Source: Octopus vulgaris (taxonomy: Eukaryota). From it: a stretch of DNA of 64,000 nucleotides. The notes under the pieces were generated by a model, which saw only the letters and a list, made by a program, of their open reading frames with translations, did no database searches and was not told where the DNA came from. A program made the position numbers and the translations under genes. The stretch covers positions 24,118,001-24,182,000 of the forward strand of contig OX597819.1 of the NCBI GenBank assembly GCA_951406725.2. The letters run 5' to 3'. This document shows positions 12,255-27,072 of this stretch, one piece after another. Within the stretch, counting starts at the first letter, position 1. The number at the start of each line of letters is the position of its first letter.

Positions 12255-12545
12255 GTGGGCCTAGACGTTCGGATGTTGCACTCACGATCACTAGATCGTG
12301 AATTCGATTCCCGAACTGAGCGGCGCATTGTGTTCTTGAGCAAAACTTTTCATTTCACGTTGCTCCAGGCTCGAATCTGTAAATGGGCAATCCTGCGACG
12401 AACTAGCCTTCCGCTTACGGAGAATGTTGGCCTGATCGACTAACCAGCAGGATGATGGCATCATTCGAAAACTGATAACCATGCAAAGCACACTGTGACC
12501 AGCGATATATAATAACATCCTTGTAGTTCAGTCGATCATGCGATC
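12255..12545 (+). mobile_element. Decayed SINE group 1 (head 2 + tail A)
   Basis: gtgttcttgagcaaaact...cacgttgctccag followed by ggcatcattcgaa...tgtgaccagcgat. Confidence 0.6.
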
Positions 12546-12640
12546 AGGTGGTACACACACAAGTATATATTCATACGGTCAGGCACACAACCACAAGTAT
12601 ATATGCATACATTCATGCACACACACACATACACACACAC

Positions 12641-12687
<47 letters not shown>

Positions 12688-13236
12688 CATGAACACACCC
12701 ACACACACACCCACATGAATATACGCATACGTTCATGCACACACAAATACACACCACACATATGTATATAATAAGCATGTAAAGCGCATTGTGACCAGCG
12801 ATATATGACAACATCCCTATAGTCCAGTCGATCATGCGATCATGTGATACACACGCACATACATACACACACACACACACACACACTCACACATACACAC
12901 ACACGTGCTCATTTCAATGGACTACTTAAATGTTGCAGTTTAATTTATATAGTAGTTAAGACTTCCAAGTGACATGTCACTTAGATGCAATTCATATTGG
13001 TAAATCTTATTTCGAAAAGTTCCTTTCATCTTCTGATGACGTCAAGACTTTTCCCTGGTGCGGTTAAATCGTCACCAGATGACGTCATTGATATGAGGAA
13101 AGATAACGCTATGTCACTGGAGATGATGGCGTCGTTAGAATGTTATCCGAAATAATGACCGGATGATGTCAAGCTGTTCATGTTGATAGCAATTCTAAGA
13201 AAATAATTGCTTCACCACATTCTGATAACAATGTCA

Positions 13237-13560
13237 GTGAGGGCGCGTGGCTTAGTGGTTAGGGCATTCGGCTCGTGATCGTAAGGTTGTGAGTTCGATT
13301 CCCGGCGACGCGTTGTGTCCTTGAGCAAGACACTTTATTTCACGTTGCTCCAGTCCACTCAGCTGGCAAAAATGAGTTGTACTTGTATTTCAAAGGGTCA
13401 GCCTTGTCACTCTCTGTGTCACGCTGATTATCCCCGAGAATTACGTTAAGGGTACACGTGTCTGTGGAATGATCAGCCATTTGCACGTTAATTTCACGAG
13501 CAAGCTGTTCCGTTGATCGTATCAGCTGGGACCCTCGTCGTCGTAACCGGCGGAGTCTTT
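13237..13560 (+). mobile_element. SINE group 1 (head 2 + tail B) with 11-bp target-site duplication
   Basis: A box tggcttagtggttagg, B box gagttcgattcc, CORE-like gtgtccttgagcaagacac; TSD taacaatgtca at 13226-13236 and 13561-13571. Confidence 0.88.
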
Positions 13561-13594
13561 TAACAATGTCAACAAAACACAAGAAAAATGGTTG

Positions 13595-14590
<996 letters not shown>

Positions 14591-14659
14591 TGTCTTAACA
14601 ACAACAACAACGATGACGACGACGACGACAACAACAACAACAATAATAATAATAATAAA

Positions 14660-15474
14660 ATGTGCAGCCTTCTTGCGCCTATAGAGTATCTCAACAGGCA
14701 TATTCTCAACAGGTATATAGTCAACAGGTATATTCTCTGGCTAATTTGCAAAAACCTGGACCTGCCTCATGATAAAAACTGGTGTGAAGACAAATCCCCT
14801 TCAGTGCTTGAAAATGTTCACATCTCACTCCTCTGGAACTTTATTGATTAAACTGACAGAAAGATAAATGCAAATGGACCAGACAATATATTGAAGGATT
14901 ACGCACAAAAGTCAAGTCTCCTCTTCGATGTGACTGTCCCAATCGACATAAATGTATCAATGAAGATCCAACCAAAAACTGAGCAAATATAAAGACCTTG
15001 AAAGAGAAATTGGCAAAATGTGGAACCTCAAGACTAAAGCAATACCTGTTGTCATAGGTACCCTAGAAATGATAGGAGAGGGGGCTGATTGCTGTCTCAG
15101 ATGCTAGGAAATCCAAATATGGAAGAAATTTTTAAAATAGTGCTCATGGGAACTGCTCATATCCTACGAAAACTATTGTCTATGTAATCTTCAAAACATT
15201 TTAATCTGTAAATATTGCCATAATGTACACAATAGCAAACACCATTTACAGAAGTCTTAAGACTACACTATCATCTTATAATCAAATTACCTTTGCTGGA
15301 AATTTTTATTTACTTATGTTTTGACAGGCATTCTCTAGAACAATACTTTCTGCAAAACCAAAATATGGCACCCTAGTCATAACACCAAGTTGAACTTCTA
15401 AATTGTTATCTCTTCAGGTCTCTGGGTGAAACTTGGCGTCAACTTGTACAAATACAAAGCAAAAGACAAACGTA
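14660..15474 (+). mobile_element. 3' fragment of an R4/Dong-like (RLE-type) non-LTR retrotransposon, pseudogenized
   Basis: Translation across stops and frameshifts: CSLLAPIEYLNRH...ILWLICK...VLEN..ISLLWNF..TDRKINANGPD..LFDVTVP..KLSKYKDL..EIGKMW..IPVVIGTL..KIVLMGTAHILRK, stop at 15187; flanked by (TAA)n on both sides. Confidence 0.85.
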
Positions 15475-16201
15475 TAATAATAATATTAATAATTCTTTCT
15501 ACTAAAGTCACAAGGCCTGAAATTTTGTGGGGATGTGTTCAGTCGATTACATTGAACTCAGTGTTTCGTTTCATTGGTATTTAATTTATCGATCCCGATG
15601 CTCTGATGTAATACTGATGCTCTGATGTAATACTAGGCTCTCGTGGCTTCTGACCTTAAGTGATTGGAAATGTTTTCATGTAATGTTTTGTCTCGGTATA
15701 AAAGATGGGCTATAGCAAATATTCTATTCAATGCCACATATTTGCTTATTATTTGTTTGATCTTAAAACAGTTGAGCATATCCCTCAGTGGCTGATGAAA
15801 TGTGCATCTTTGATCACAGCCATATGCCGAGGGGAATTATTTGCGCAGCACCTTAGGCAAGTGTCTTCTACTAAAGCCTCGGGCCGACCAGAGTAATTTT
15901 GATAGACAGAAACCATCACTACTGCTATTGCTTTTGCTTTATCTTGCTTTGGTATTTGGTGAATGTGGATGTCTAATGCCTTTGCACTCATTTGTCTGTT
16001 ATCAAGCTTATGTAAATTCATTTGGAACTATGGATAGTAGTTTGTCTAAGTATTTCTAAAATGTGTTGGTATCTACTTCATACACCTGACATATATTTTG
16101 CAGAAAGGCCCTAAGATCTCAAGCCAACCTACCTTGAGTCCTAGCTCATAACCAAAACGATCTGTTGGTACTATGCAGCACTCTTTCTGTTCAGTATAGA
16201 G

Positions 16202-16438
16202 TAGTGACTCTCAACCAGTGTCCATATAAGATTTTGTTTGTTGTAAAAATTTATCAACTATAAATTTATTATACTTCTACAATTCACAAAATATTTTTAC
16301 ATTTTTTTTAACACAATGCCTAATGATATTTAATTATAAAAATAGAAGATGTTTTAAACATCGGTTGGCTAAGAGGATCCATCGGAGTAAAATAGAAATC
16401 AAAGGGGTCCATAGATACAAAATGGCTGCGAAATACTG
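16202..16438. mobile_element. Decayed hAT-like MITE
   Basis: Ends tagtgactctcaacc / ggctgcgaaatactg resemble CAGTGGTTCTCAACC-type TIRs; subterminal aaggggtccat; TSD not clear. Confidence 0.45.
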
Positions 16439-17619
16439 CCTTAGGATCCCAAGCTAAGTCACTCTTGAGTCCTGACTTAGAACAGAGATGAACTATTGGT
16501 ACCATGAAACAGCCTCTCTCTGTTCAGTTTAGAGGAGTTCTGTTGTTGTTGTTTTCTGGGGTTTTTTTTCTTTCTCTCACAGGGATAAAATAGTGTTCAG
16601 AAAATTGCGAAGGCCAAATAAAGCTCTGTGAGTATTTCTCAAGAATCGAGTTGGAGATAAATATTGAGTTCAAGAACATTGCTTTAGATGTTTCGAAATC
16701 CTATCAAGTTCCACAGCATTGTAGCATAAACACATGATTGTGTTTATCAGAAGATAAGTTGAAAGTTATGTACTAGTGAAAGAAAAAGAGCGAAAGAGAG
16801 GGAGAGAGAGGTTTTATTAATTCTTCTTTTTTTTCCTTCCGAAAGTTAGTTTTGACAGGAGATGGGCTAAGAGCCAAACTAAGAGAGGCTACAACCTATG
16901 TAAATTATCAAGAAGGTTGATATTATTGGAGGTGTGAGTAGAAGATAAGGAGGAGGTAGAACATAAGATACAGCCGGCAATAGGTAAATACTTGAAACTG
17001 ATATTCCTTATTAAATATCATCCCATTGTTTTTGTTATTGGTGTATGTATTCTACTTGGTGATGTTATTCTTACTAGCATTGCTATTGTAGCTGTTATTA
17101 TTGTTACTGTTGTCGTTGTTATTGTTATGGATGCCTTTTTTTTTTTTGAAAAGGATTTTGTTGCTCAAAGCTTACATCCCTTTGAAGCAACTGTTTATCT
17201 ACATCAAGGTAAACAAGATGTATAACCTACAGCAGGAATGTTATTAATCAAAGATTGATTACTGTTGCATTGGATGCTTGCCAGAGTAAAGCCGCGAAAG
17301 TCATAGGTTAGCAATAGATCATAGAGGGGAGGAACAGAAAGAGAGTAGAAGAGAGAGAGAGAGAGGGGAGTGAAAAGATTTTTGTAGAGAAAAGTGAGTT
17401 CCAGCGCACCCCCCTTTTCGCATAAATTTAACAGAAACAAGCCAACTGAATCAGGGAATATTTGCAATAGGGAGCTGTAAAGTTTGGTTTTAAGGGCAAA
17501 CACAAGCACTTTAGGGAAACTGTGTTCTATAATAAGTGTTGTGACCTAGATAATCTGCTATAAAACGTGAATCGAATGAAACTTCTTCGTTGCAAACTTT
17601 TGCTCCTAATTTTTTTTTC

Positions 17620-17969
17620 AGTGTTTAGACTGCTGAAACGCCGGGACACCGCAAGGAAAGGTTTAGTCGAACGAATTGATCCCAGTACTTAGGTTTTAAA
17701 AGCCTGGTACTTATTCTATCGGTTACTTTAGCTCAAGCGATAACTTACGGAATGTAAAAAAAAAAAAAACAATTATGAAGAAGTGGGCACACACACACAC
17801 ACACACACACGGCGGTCTTTCACGGTATCCGTCTACCAAATTCACTCACAAGGCATTGGTCGACTACGGGGAATAGTAGATATCTCTTGCCCAAAGTACG
17901 GCACAGTGCGACTGAGACCGAAACCGCGCGGTTGCGAAGCGATCTTAACCGCACAACTATGCCCGTGCC
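17620..17969 (-). mobile_element. Decayed SINE group 3
   Basis: ccgtctaccaaattcactcacaaggc block and tail remnants. Confidence 0.7.
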
Positions 17970-18000
17970 TATAATATTAACTTACAAAGATTGCCTTCTA

Positions 18001-18840
18001 CAGGATGTACCAAAAGCCACTGATTGGTTTCAATTTTTAATAACTTCCTTAACGTTACAGATAACTGCATGGAATTTTTTTTACAATATAAAGGACATAA
18101 TGGAACACTACTACATCACGTATGAAAAATGACATCACTTAAATGGCAGCCATTTTCGGCTTCGCATGTCTGTGCTCTTTCCAAAACTTGCACCGTAACA
18201 TCCTCAAGAGTTTCACAATCCCACTTCTCTGAATTCTTTATTGATGTTCTCCTTCAGTTGTATCAGAGTCTCCGGTTTGTTAACGTAAACTCCCTCTTTC
18301 AGGTATCCATGAACGAGAAATTTTGCGACTGGCCATTCAAAGACCACACACCTGGTTCCAGCAAGATGGAGCAGCTGCTCATACCACAAGAGAAACAATG
18401 CAGTTTGCTACAGCAGTGCTTTAGAGAGAGAATAATCTCCCGCTACGGCAAAGTCAACTGGCCTTCATGTTCCCCAGACTTGGCTAGCCCGGATTTTTTC
18501 TTGTGGGGATACCTGAAAGAGAGGGTTTACGTGAACAAACCAGAGACCCTGGAGCAAATGAAGGAGAACATCAATAGAGAAATCAGAGAAGTGAGGTCTG
18601 AATCTCTTGAGGGTGTTATGGTGCAAGTTTTGGAAAGAGCGCGAGCGTGCGAAGACGAAAATGGCTACCATTTAAGCGATATCATTTTGTATATGTGATG
18701 TAGTGGTGTTGCAAAATTTAATTTGCACATATTAATTTCCATTATGCTCTTTATAGTGAATCAAAATTTCATGCATTTATTTGCAAAGTTAAGGAAGTTA
18801 TTAAAAACTGAAACCTATCAATTACTTTTGGGACACCTTG
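18001..18840. mobile_element. Fold-back Tc1/mariner-superfamily relic (rosa/DD41D-like) with ~310-bp arms made of the transposase 3' end
   Basis: TA on both flanks; 18001-18308 is a diverged reverse complement of 18507-18840; WFQQDGAAAH...WPSCSPDLASPDFFLWGYLKERVY with 41 residues between the Asp residues after correcting one frameshift. Confidence 0.85.
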
Positions 18841-19059
18841 TACATATATTTAGATGGAAAAACAAGAGGCTGTTTATCTTTATAAGCATTCAAAACTTTC
18901 ATACACTATGTCCTTGAGTTGAATTTTAGCAGAAATACCCAGTATTCGAGAACTTGTCATCCTTTCATATAATGTCCTTTAGTCACGTTTGTAAAATATC
19001 AAGGATTCTCAGAACAAGATTTTAGTGCTTCTAAACAATGTTAGCAACAAATAATAACA

Positions 19060-20706
19060 ATGGTAGTTTCAAATGTTGACACAAAACCAGCATTCGGAGG
19101 AGCTAATTCGATTACGTTTACCCCAGATCAATTGGTACTTATTTTACCGACCCCGAAAGAATGAAAAGCAAATCGACCCGACAGCATTTAAAATCAGAAC
19201 GGAAAGACGGATAAAATGCTGCTAAGCATTTTGTACGGCTGTTAAAAATTCTGCAAGTTTACCGCCTTTAACTAATGGTTTCAGTACTTGACTGATGCTT
19301 TATTTCATTGCTCCGAAAGGATGGAAGGCAAAGTCCAGCTCGCCAGAATTTGATTTCAGTGATTTATGAGCCAGAAAAAAAAATGCTGCGATGCATTTTG
19401 TCCCACATGATAACGATTTTGGAAGTTCGGCGCTTGAAAATAATTATTTCAAATTTTGGCACTAATCCAAGCAATTAGGTTAACCGATTATATCGACCCA
19501 GTACTTGACTGGTACTTTATTTTATCGACTCCAAAAGGGTGAATGGCAAATTTGGTCTTCATGTGATTCGAAATCAGATGTTAAAGAGCCGGAAGAAATT
19601 TCGTCTTTCTAACGTCTCTGTCATAGGCATAAGGCCAGACTTTTGGGGGTAATAACAATAATAATTGTCTTATGTTCCAGGCACAAAAAAACCCAGAGTT
19701 TTTGAGGGGAGGGGTAAGTCCGTTAACTACACCCCACGACTTGACTGGCATTTTATTTTACTGGCCACAGAAGGATGAAAAGGAAAGTTAACTTTAGTGG
19801 GGTTTGAACTCAGAACATTCAGAGGCAGAACAAATGCCGCAATGCATCTTTTCCACACTCTAACAGTTCCGTCACCTCACTTGTCTAGCTACTATTAGAA
19901 CAATGGTTTCAAATTTTGGTGCAAGGCCAGCAAGTTCAGGGGAAGGGGTAAGTCGATTATATCTCTCCACCCCAGTGTTTCAATTAGTACTTGATATATC
20001 AACACCGAAAGGATAAAAGGCAAAGTCGATCTCGGCAGTATTTGAACTCAGAGCGTCAGAGATGGGCTAAACATTTTGTCAGCTCGTGCTAACGATTCTA
20101 ATAATCATTTCTACTGGATGTACAAGGCCTCAAATTTGTGGAGAGGGAACTAGTCGGTTACATCGACCCCAGTGTTTCACTGGTACTTAATTTATCAACA
20201 CCGAAAGGATGAAAGGCAAAGTCAACCTCGGCAGTATTTGAACTCAGAGCGTAGAGATGGGCTAAATATTTCGCCCAGCGTACTAACGATTCTTATTTGT
20301 TTACTGCCCACAAGGGGCTACACACAGGGGACAAACAAGGACAGAGAAACGGACTAAGTCGATTATATCGACCCTAGTGTGTAACTGGTACTTATTTAAT
20401 CGACCCCGCAAGGATGAAAGGGAAAGTCGACCTCGGCGGAATTTGAACTCAGAACGTAGTGGCAGACGAAATACCTATTTCTTTACTACTCACAAGGGGC
20501 TGAACACAGAGAGGACAAACAAGGACAGACAAACGGATTAAGTCGATTATATCGACCCCAGAACGTAACTGGTACTTATTTAATCGACCCCGAAAGGCTG
20601 AAAGGTAAAGTCGACCTCGGCGGAATTTGAGCTAAAAACGTAGCGGCAGACGAAATACCGCTAAGCATTTTGCCCGGCGTGCTAACGATTCTGCCAACTC
20701 GCCGCC
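19060..20706 (-). mobile_element. Cluster of about 8 co-oriented SINE group 2 units of differing age
   Basis: Repeated gaaaggatgaaaggcaaagtcgacctcggcggaatttgaactcagaacg; older units on the left, near-consensus units at 20290-20706. Confidence 0.8.
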
Positions 20707-20894
20707 TTCTAATGATGACAATAAAGCAAAAGATTAGAGTGAATGCAAGCAGGAGAGATGCGAGCTAGGAATGATTTTATAAACCATCTTTGAAAAAGTA
20801 AAATTCTCTAATGTCGTACTCTTAAACATTTCGCGAGTTTTAAAGATGTTGATGAGTATCACGTTGCAACGTCTTACCTATTAACTACTGGTAG

Positions 20895-21237
20895 TCTAAG
20901 ACCCCCTTCGGTCACGGCACTGACCATGGGATTGCACCTAGAAAGTTACCCTCCCAGGCACAAGTCCGGGCAAGGTTGTTTATGGAAGACCAGCAGTCAC
21001 CCATGCATACCGGCCTCCTCTCTTCACGCCACCAGTGTTATCCAAGGGAAAGGCAAAGGGGCTGATATAGCTTCGCACCTGTGACGTCGCAACTCATTTC
21101 TTCAGCTGAGTGAACTGGAGCAACGTGAAATAAAGTGTGTTGCTCAAGAACACAACACGCAGTCCGGTTCGAGATTCGAGCTCACAACCTCACGATCGTA
21201 ATCTCGACGCTCTAACCACTGAGCCATGCACCTTCAC
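20895..21237 (-). mobile_element. SINE group 1 (head 2 + tail C)
   Basis: Minus head aaggtgcatggctcagtggttagagc and gtgttcttgagcaacacactttatttcacgttgctccag; imperfect TSD taact(a/c)ctggt(a/g)g. Confidence 0.8.
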
Positions 21238-21338
21238 TAACTCCTGGTGGTAACTGGTACGTATTCTATTGCCTTCAAAAATGACCTTGGTGAGATTTGA
21301 ACTAAGAACATAAAGGACTGAAGTGAGTACCACTCAGT

Positions 21339-21752
21339 TACTCTTTACTCTTTTACTCTTTTACGTGTTTCAGTCATCTGACTGCGGCCGTGCTACAGCA
21401 CCACTTTTAGTCCAGCAAATCGATCCCAGGATTTCTTCTTTGTAAGCCTAGTATTTATTCTATCGGTCACTTTTGCCGAACCACTAAGATACGGGGCCCT
21501 AAACACACCAGCATCGATGTCAAGCGATGTTGGGAGTACAAACACAAATACACAAACATACATACACACACATACACACATATATATATACATATACGAC
21601 GGGCTTCTTTCAGTTTCCGTCTACCAAATCCACTCACAAGGCTTTGGTCGGCCAGAGGCTATAGTAGAAGACACTCGCCCAAGATGTCACGCAGTGGGAC
21701 TGAACCCGGAACCTCGTGGCTGGTAAGCAAGCTATTTACCACACAACCACTC
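21339..21752 (-). mobile_element. SINE group 3
   Basis: Full-length similarity to 8258-8651. Confidence 0.85.
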
Positions 21753-23028
21753 ATTCAAATTATTCCGAAAGTAATATTTTTATTTCGTCCAGCATTCTAT
21801 TGTTTGCGATAGAAATATTTTTATTAGTACAAATAGTAATAATAAGGACAATTTACTTAGCGAATTTAAAACTCTTAGGCAAGATTCCGATGTAGTAAGT
21901 GCGAAGAGGCAAGTGTAAATTTTACTGAAAAAAGTAATTAAAAAGTGGTTTAGCGTATGAATTTCTCATGAGTATATTCCCTATAGCCTGAGGGATATAA
22001 TAAAGTATCGTAATTCACATGAGGAATCATTATAAAATGTTAGTGTATGAAGAGAAAAACATACGTTACACATACTTTTTTTACTGGTTTCGTTTAGGGC
22101 AAGACGCTGTCGTCACGGTCTACGCATGACCTCAAAGGACGATGAGATCGTTCCAGTTTGTTTCTCTTGAATAGTTCCAAGTTAATTGTTGCGAGTAGAG
22201 AAAAAAGGAAGACAAACAAGAACTAAGGTAGGCATGTAATTCTAGAGGGTTAATGGTTCGAGTGGAACAAGTGTGCGTCGTGGTTAAGGCGAGATCTGAG
22301 TGTTTTGACACATAATGGGTGACAAGGATTACACCATTCATCAGATATTTTGAAGAACCGTAATGAATTAATATCCAAAGTCAGGATCTGCTGCCATCTC
22401 CCTTGTCAGTCTTATAGATACTGTGTTCATTTCTGATTCCTCACACACGCACACCGAGTGTACACATGTGCACGCGCACACACATAGACACACATAGACA
22501 CACACACACATGCTCTCAGCTCCATGATGGAGTCGTAGGGGCGTGTCGCGCCAGCCGATTTCTACAAGAAGAGAGAAAGACAAACGGGAAGTGTAAGAGA
22601 AAGAGCAGAATCGATCGTCTTACGGGACCGTCTCTTCATTTATCATCTTGATATGATGAAAAGCAGAGCTAATCTTGGCCAGATTTGAGTTCTCGGCATT
22701 GGGATCCGAGTAATTTCCACAATGCGGTCTGCCGCAGGCGCTAATGATTCTGCCAATCTGCGATATATCGATATATATATATATATATATACAGTACACT
22801 CGGTAATATAATTGTAATGCAATAAAAAACACTTGTGTATTAATAATTGGGTATTCTACCTGCAGTATATTGGATAGATATTATCCCTTAGTTGGTTGGA
22901 TTCACAACCACTAACTTTCTTTTAATATATATATATATATACATAACACACACACATATATATATGTATATATATAGAGAGATAGATGCATATATATATA
23001 CATATAACTATACATATATATACATATA

Positions 23029-23074
<46 letters not shown>

Positions 23075-23084
23075 TATACATATA

Positions 23085-23122
<38 letters not shown>

Positions 23123-23189
23123 TACATATATATGTACACAAACTCACACACATATATATATACATATACATATATATACACACATATAA

Positions 23190-23251
<62 letters not shown>

Positions 23252-24149
23252 CTTTGAATCATTTATTTCTTTTTATGTCCTCTTTAAATTCCTTCTTATT
23301 TCTTCTTCGTCTTTTTTATGACTGATTATATTAATTTTTTCCCTTCACTCTGCATTACTACCCTTCTTTTCTCTTCTTTCTCTTCTCTCTTGATTTCTTT
23401 CTTTCTTCCTTTCTGTCTGTCTTTCTTTCTTACTTTCTTTCTTTCTTAATTATTTATTGTACTCATTTATTCATTGTAGCTAAGGTTTTCATTTTATTTC
23501 ATTACAATAGTAACAACAGGAAACACTTTAACTACACGCCATAGCCAGTTTTCTAAATTCTAATTTCTAAAGGTACAAGTGGTATAGTCAGTCCTCAGGA
23601 AAATACAGGAAACCTTAGAAAGTATTTTAACATATTACGAAAACAACATAAATAATGTCATAAGAATTAAGAGACACTGAGAAATAGATAAAACTGTAAA
23701 AAATCTTTTCTTTGCTGGCTATCAAGGCCGAGCACAAAGCAAAAAAGGGGCAGCATAGCACAAGGGACAATTAACAACAAATAAATTATAGAATAAAATT
23801 TCCCAAAAATGGGGTGTTTCCCCCAGGACTAATCAAGAGCCCCACACACTGGTCTTCACAATCGCCAAGGGCACTTCAGGGAGGTACAGCACTCTTCAAC
23901 GCCTTCAGCTTACATGGGCCATTCTTACATGGGCAAGCTTACATGGGCCATTCTTGCAACAAGATAAATCTATAAATAAAGTGAAAATAGCGGGTTAAAA
24001 TATCCGTTTGGATAGGAAAAGTCGGAGGCTATTCATGGGCTTCCAACCCACATATTCTGTCATGTTTACAGATATGAATTCGAGTCTTACAGGAAGACTC
24101 CGTTTCTTCCTAACCAAAGAGATTTTTTAACTCAATACTTACAAGCTAT

Positions 24150-25552
24150 AGGGTGGTGAGCTGACAGAATCGTTAGCACACCGTTAGCACACACTGAGTT
24201 CTAATTCTGCCGAGGCCGACTTTGCTTTTCATCTTTCCGGGGTCGATAAATTAAGTACCAGTTACGCACTGGGGTCGATGTAATCGACTTAATACTTATG
24301 TCTGTCCTTGTTTGTCCCCTCTATGTTTAGCCCCTTGTGGGTAATAAAGAAATAGGTATTTCGTCTGTCTCTGTGTTCAAATTCCGCCGCGGTCGATTAA
24401 ATAAGTACCAGTTACGCCCTAGGGACGATATAATCGACTTAATCCGTTTGTCTGTCTTTGTTTGTCTTCTCTGTGTTTATCCCCTTGTGGGTAGTAAAGA
24501 AATAGAAATAGGTATTTTGTCTGCTGCTACGTTCTGTGTTCTAATTTCGCCGAAGTCGACTTTACCTTTCATCCTTTCGGGGTCACTAAAACAAATAGCA
24601 GTTGAGCGCTGGGTACGATGTAATCGACTTGACGCTCTCCAGAAATTGCTGGCTCTGTGCCAAAATTTGAAACCAATATTTATTTTGGACATTAAGGCGG
24701 CGCGATGGCAGAAACTGTAGCTTAACAGCATTTCGTCCGTCTTTACGTTTGGAGTTCGTATCTCACTGAGGTCGAAATTGTTTTGAATCCCTTTGGGGAT
24801 CGATAAAATAACTACCAGGTGAACACTGGGATCAATATAATCGACTTCCCCTTCCTTTGAGTAACTACTGACTCTGTGTCAAATGTTGAAACCATTAATT
24901 TAAAAAGAAAATCCAACCAGCTCAGCCAATGAAGTGACTTTATTTGAGTTAATGGATTGCTCAGCAAGCAACTGACACTGACTCCAGGAATGACATGAAT
25001 ATGATAAAATTCAAGAATGCTCTCTTTTATTAAGGCCGTTTATAAACATGTTTATTTCATCACATTATTCTTTCACTTCTGCCAGTTACTTTATATTTCT
25101 TCTTTAGTATGTAACTAACGTATTTTTGTGCCTCAATTGCTTTTTTTAGAGGACATATAAAGTATGATATCATACTTTCTCCCTTATACATAACGGAGAA
25201 AACAGGCTTTAAAAAACCCATCTGGTTATATGATATATGAAATGATGTAAACGTGTAGATACAAGATTGCGTTTTGCGTATGTATGTATGTACGTATGTG
25301 TATGCATACATGTGTCTATATATATATATGGCGAGCTGGCAGAGACGTTAGCGCGCCGGGCGAAGTGCTTCGCGTATTTCGCCCGTCGCTACGTTCTGAG
25401 TTCAAATTCCGCCGAGGTCGACTTTGCCTTTCATCCTTTCGGGGGTCGATAAATTAAGTACCAGTTACGCACTGGGGTCGATGTAATCGACTTAATCCGT
25501 TTGTCTGTCCTTGTTTGTACCCTCTATGTTTAGCCCCTGTGTAGTAAAGAAA
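24150..25552 (+). mobile_element. SINE group 2 copies (~24150-24895 cluster; 25329-25552)
   Basis: Head and core motifs as above. Confidence 0.8.
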
Positions 25553-25592
25553 TATATATATATATATATATATGTTTATGTATGTATGTATG

Positions 25593-25644
<52 letters not shown>

Positions 25645-26149
25645 ATTATCAGCAATTTAGGTTCTAAAAGAGATTACAAATTCGTAATGCTCGGTATTAT
25701 GTTACCATATTTGAGGAGAGAGGGAGCGACGGAGAGAGAGAGAGAGAGAGAGAGAAGTGGGGGGAGTAAATGTTTCAGTTTTTGTAATGAGTATAGAATT
25801 CCTTTTAAATACAAGTTTTTCCTAAAGCACTCATCTTCTATTTGATATTCTTCATAAGATCTTGAGAAGATAAGTAATTGCAAATAAGCAAGCAACATCA
25901 TACCAAAAATAAGTTTCTGTTTGTATAATCTCATCAATATTTTCGTATTAAATGACGAATAAGGAAATCAATTTATCGAATATTATTATTACATTAATAA
26001 TTAAACCTTTCTGAGCACACAGTTAATAATTCAAAACTGTCACTTTTGTATTTTACCTTTTATGAGGCAATAGGATTCAGCGACAAATATTAATATTGCT
26101 GTTACTTTCCAGGTGTTTCTTTGTTCAGAGCGCTGCAGGGTCGATAAAG

Positions 26150-26343
<194 letters not shown>

Positions 26344-26367
26344 CATATATATATTTATATATATGTA

Positions 26368-26442
<75 letters not shown>

Positions 26443-27072
26443 ATATATATGTGTATGTATATATTTGTATATATATATATCAATATATATATATATATAT
26501 GATATCTGTGTGTGTGTACCAACTTACGTACGTACGTATGTATGTGTATGTATATATCTTTCTGCAAACGATCAATTAATTTCAGTGAAATATATAGATC
26601 AACTGTATCTGCTGATTTGTGGTTGTTTCGAGGCAAAAGAAATTGATCTATGTTTTCACAGTATTATTACCTTAGGAATTCCATAATAGAAAGTTTGTTT
26701 AATAATATCGATACTCGATAAAATAGTTTGCTCTTTTAATGAAATATTTTAAATAGATTAATTGTCCTAGCTAATTGCTGTTAACCTACATTCACTAATT
26801 AATTAAGCCCTGTATTGAGACTCAAATAGTTGAGTTTATAAAGTTTAAGAGTATGGGTGTTTGGTTCTCATCTCATCACCAACGTTTGACTGTGTCTAAC
26901 GCTGAGGCATTTAAGTCTCGCTGAATCAATCCACCAAACTGTATGTATGTTAAGTTTTCGTCTGCCGTGAAATGCTTATAGCGAGATACAACCACATTAC
27001 ACACATACGCACACACACGCACACACACACATACTCACACTCATATATATATATATATCATATATATGTATA

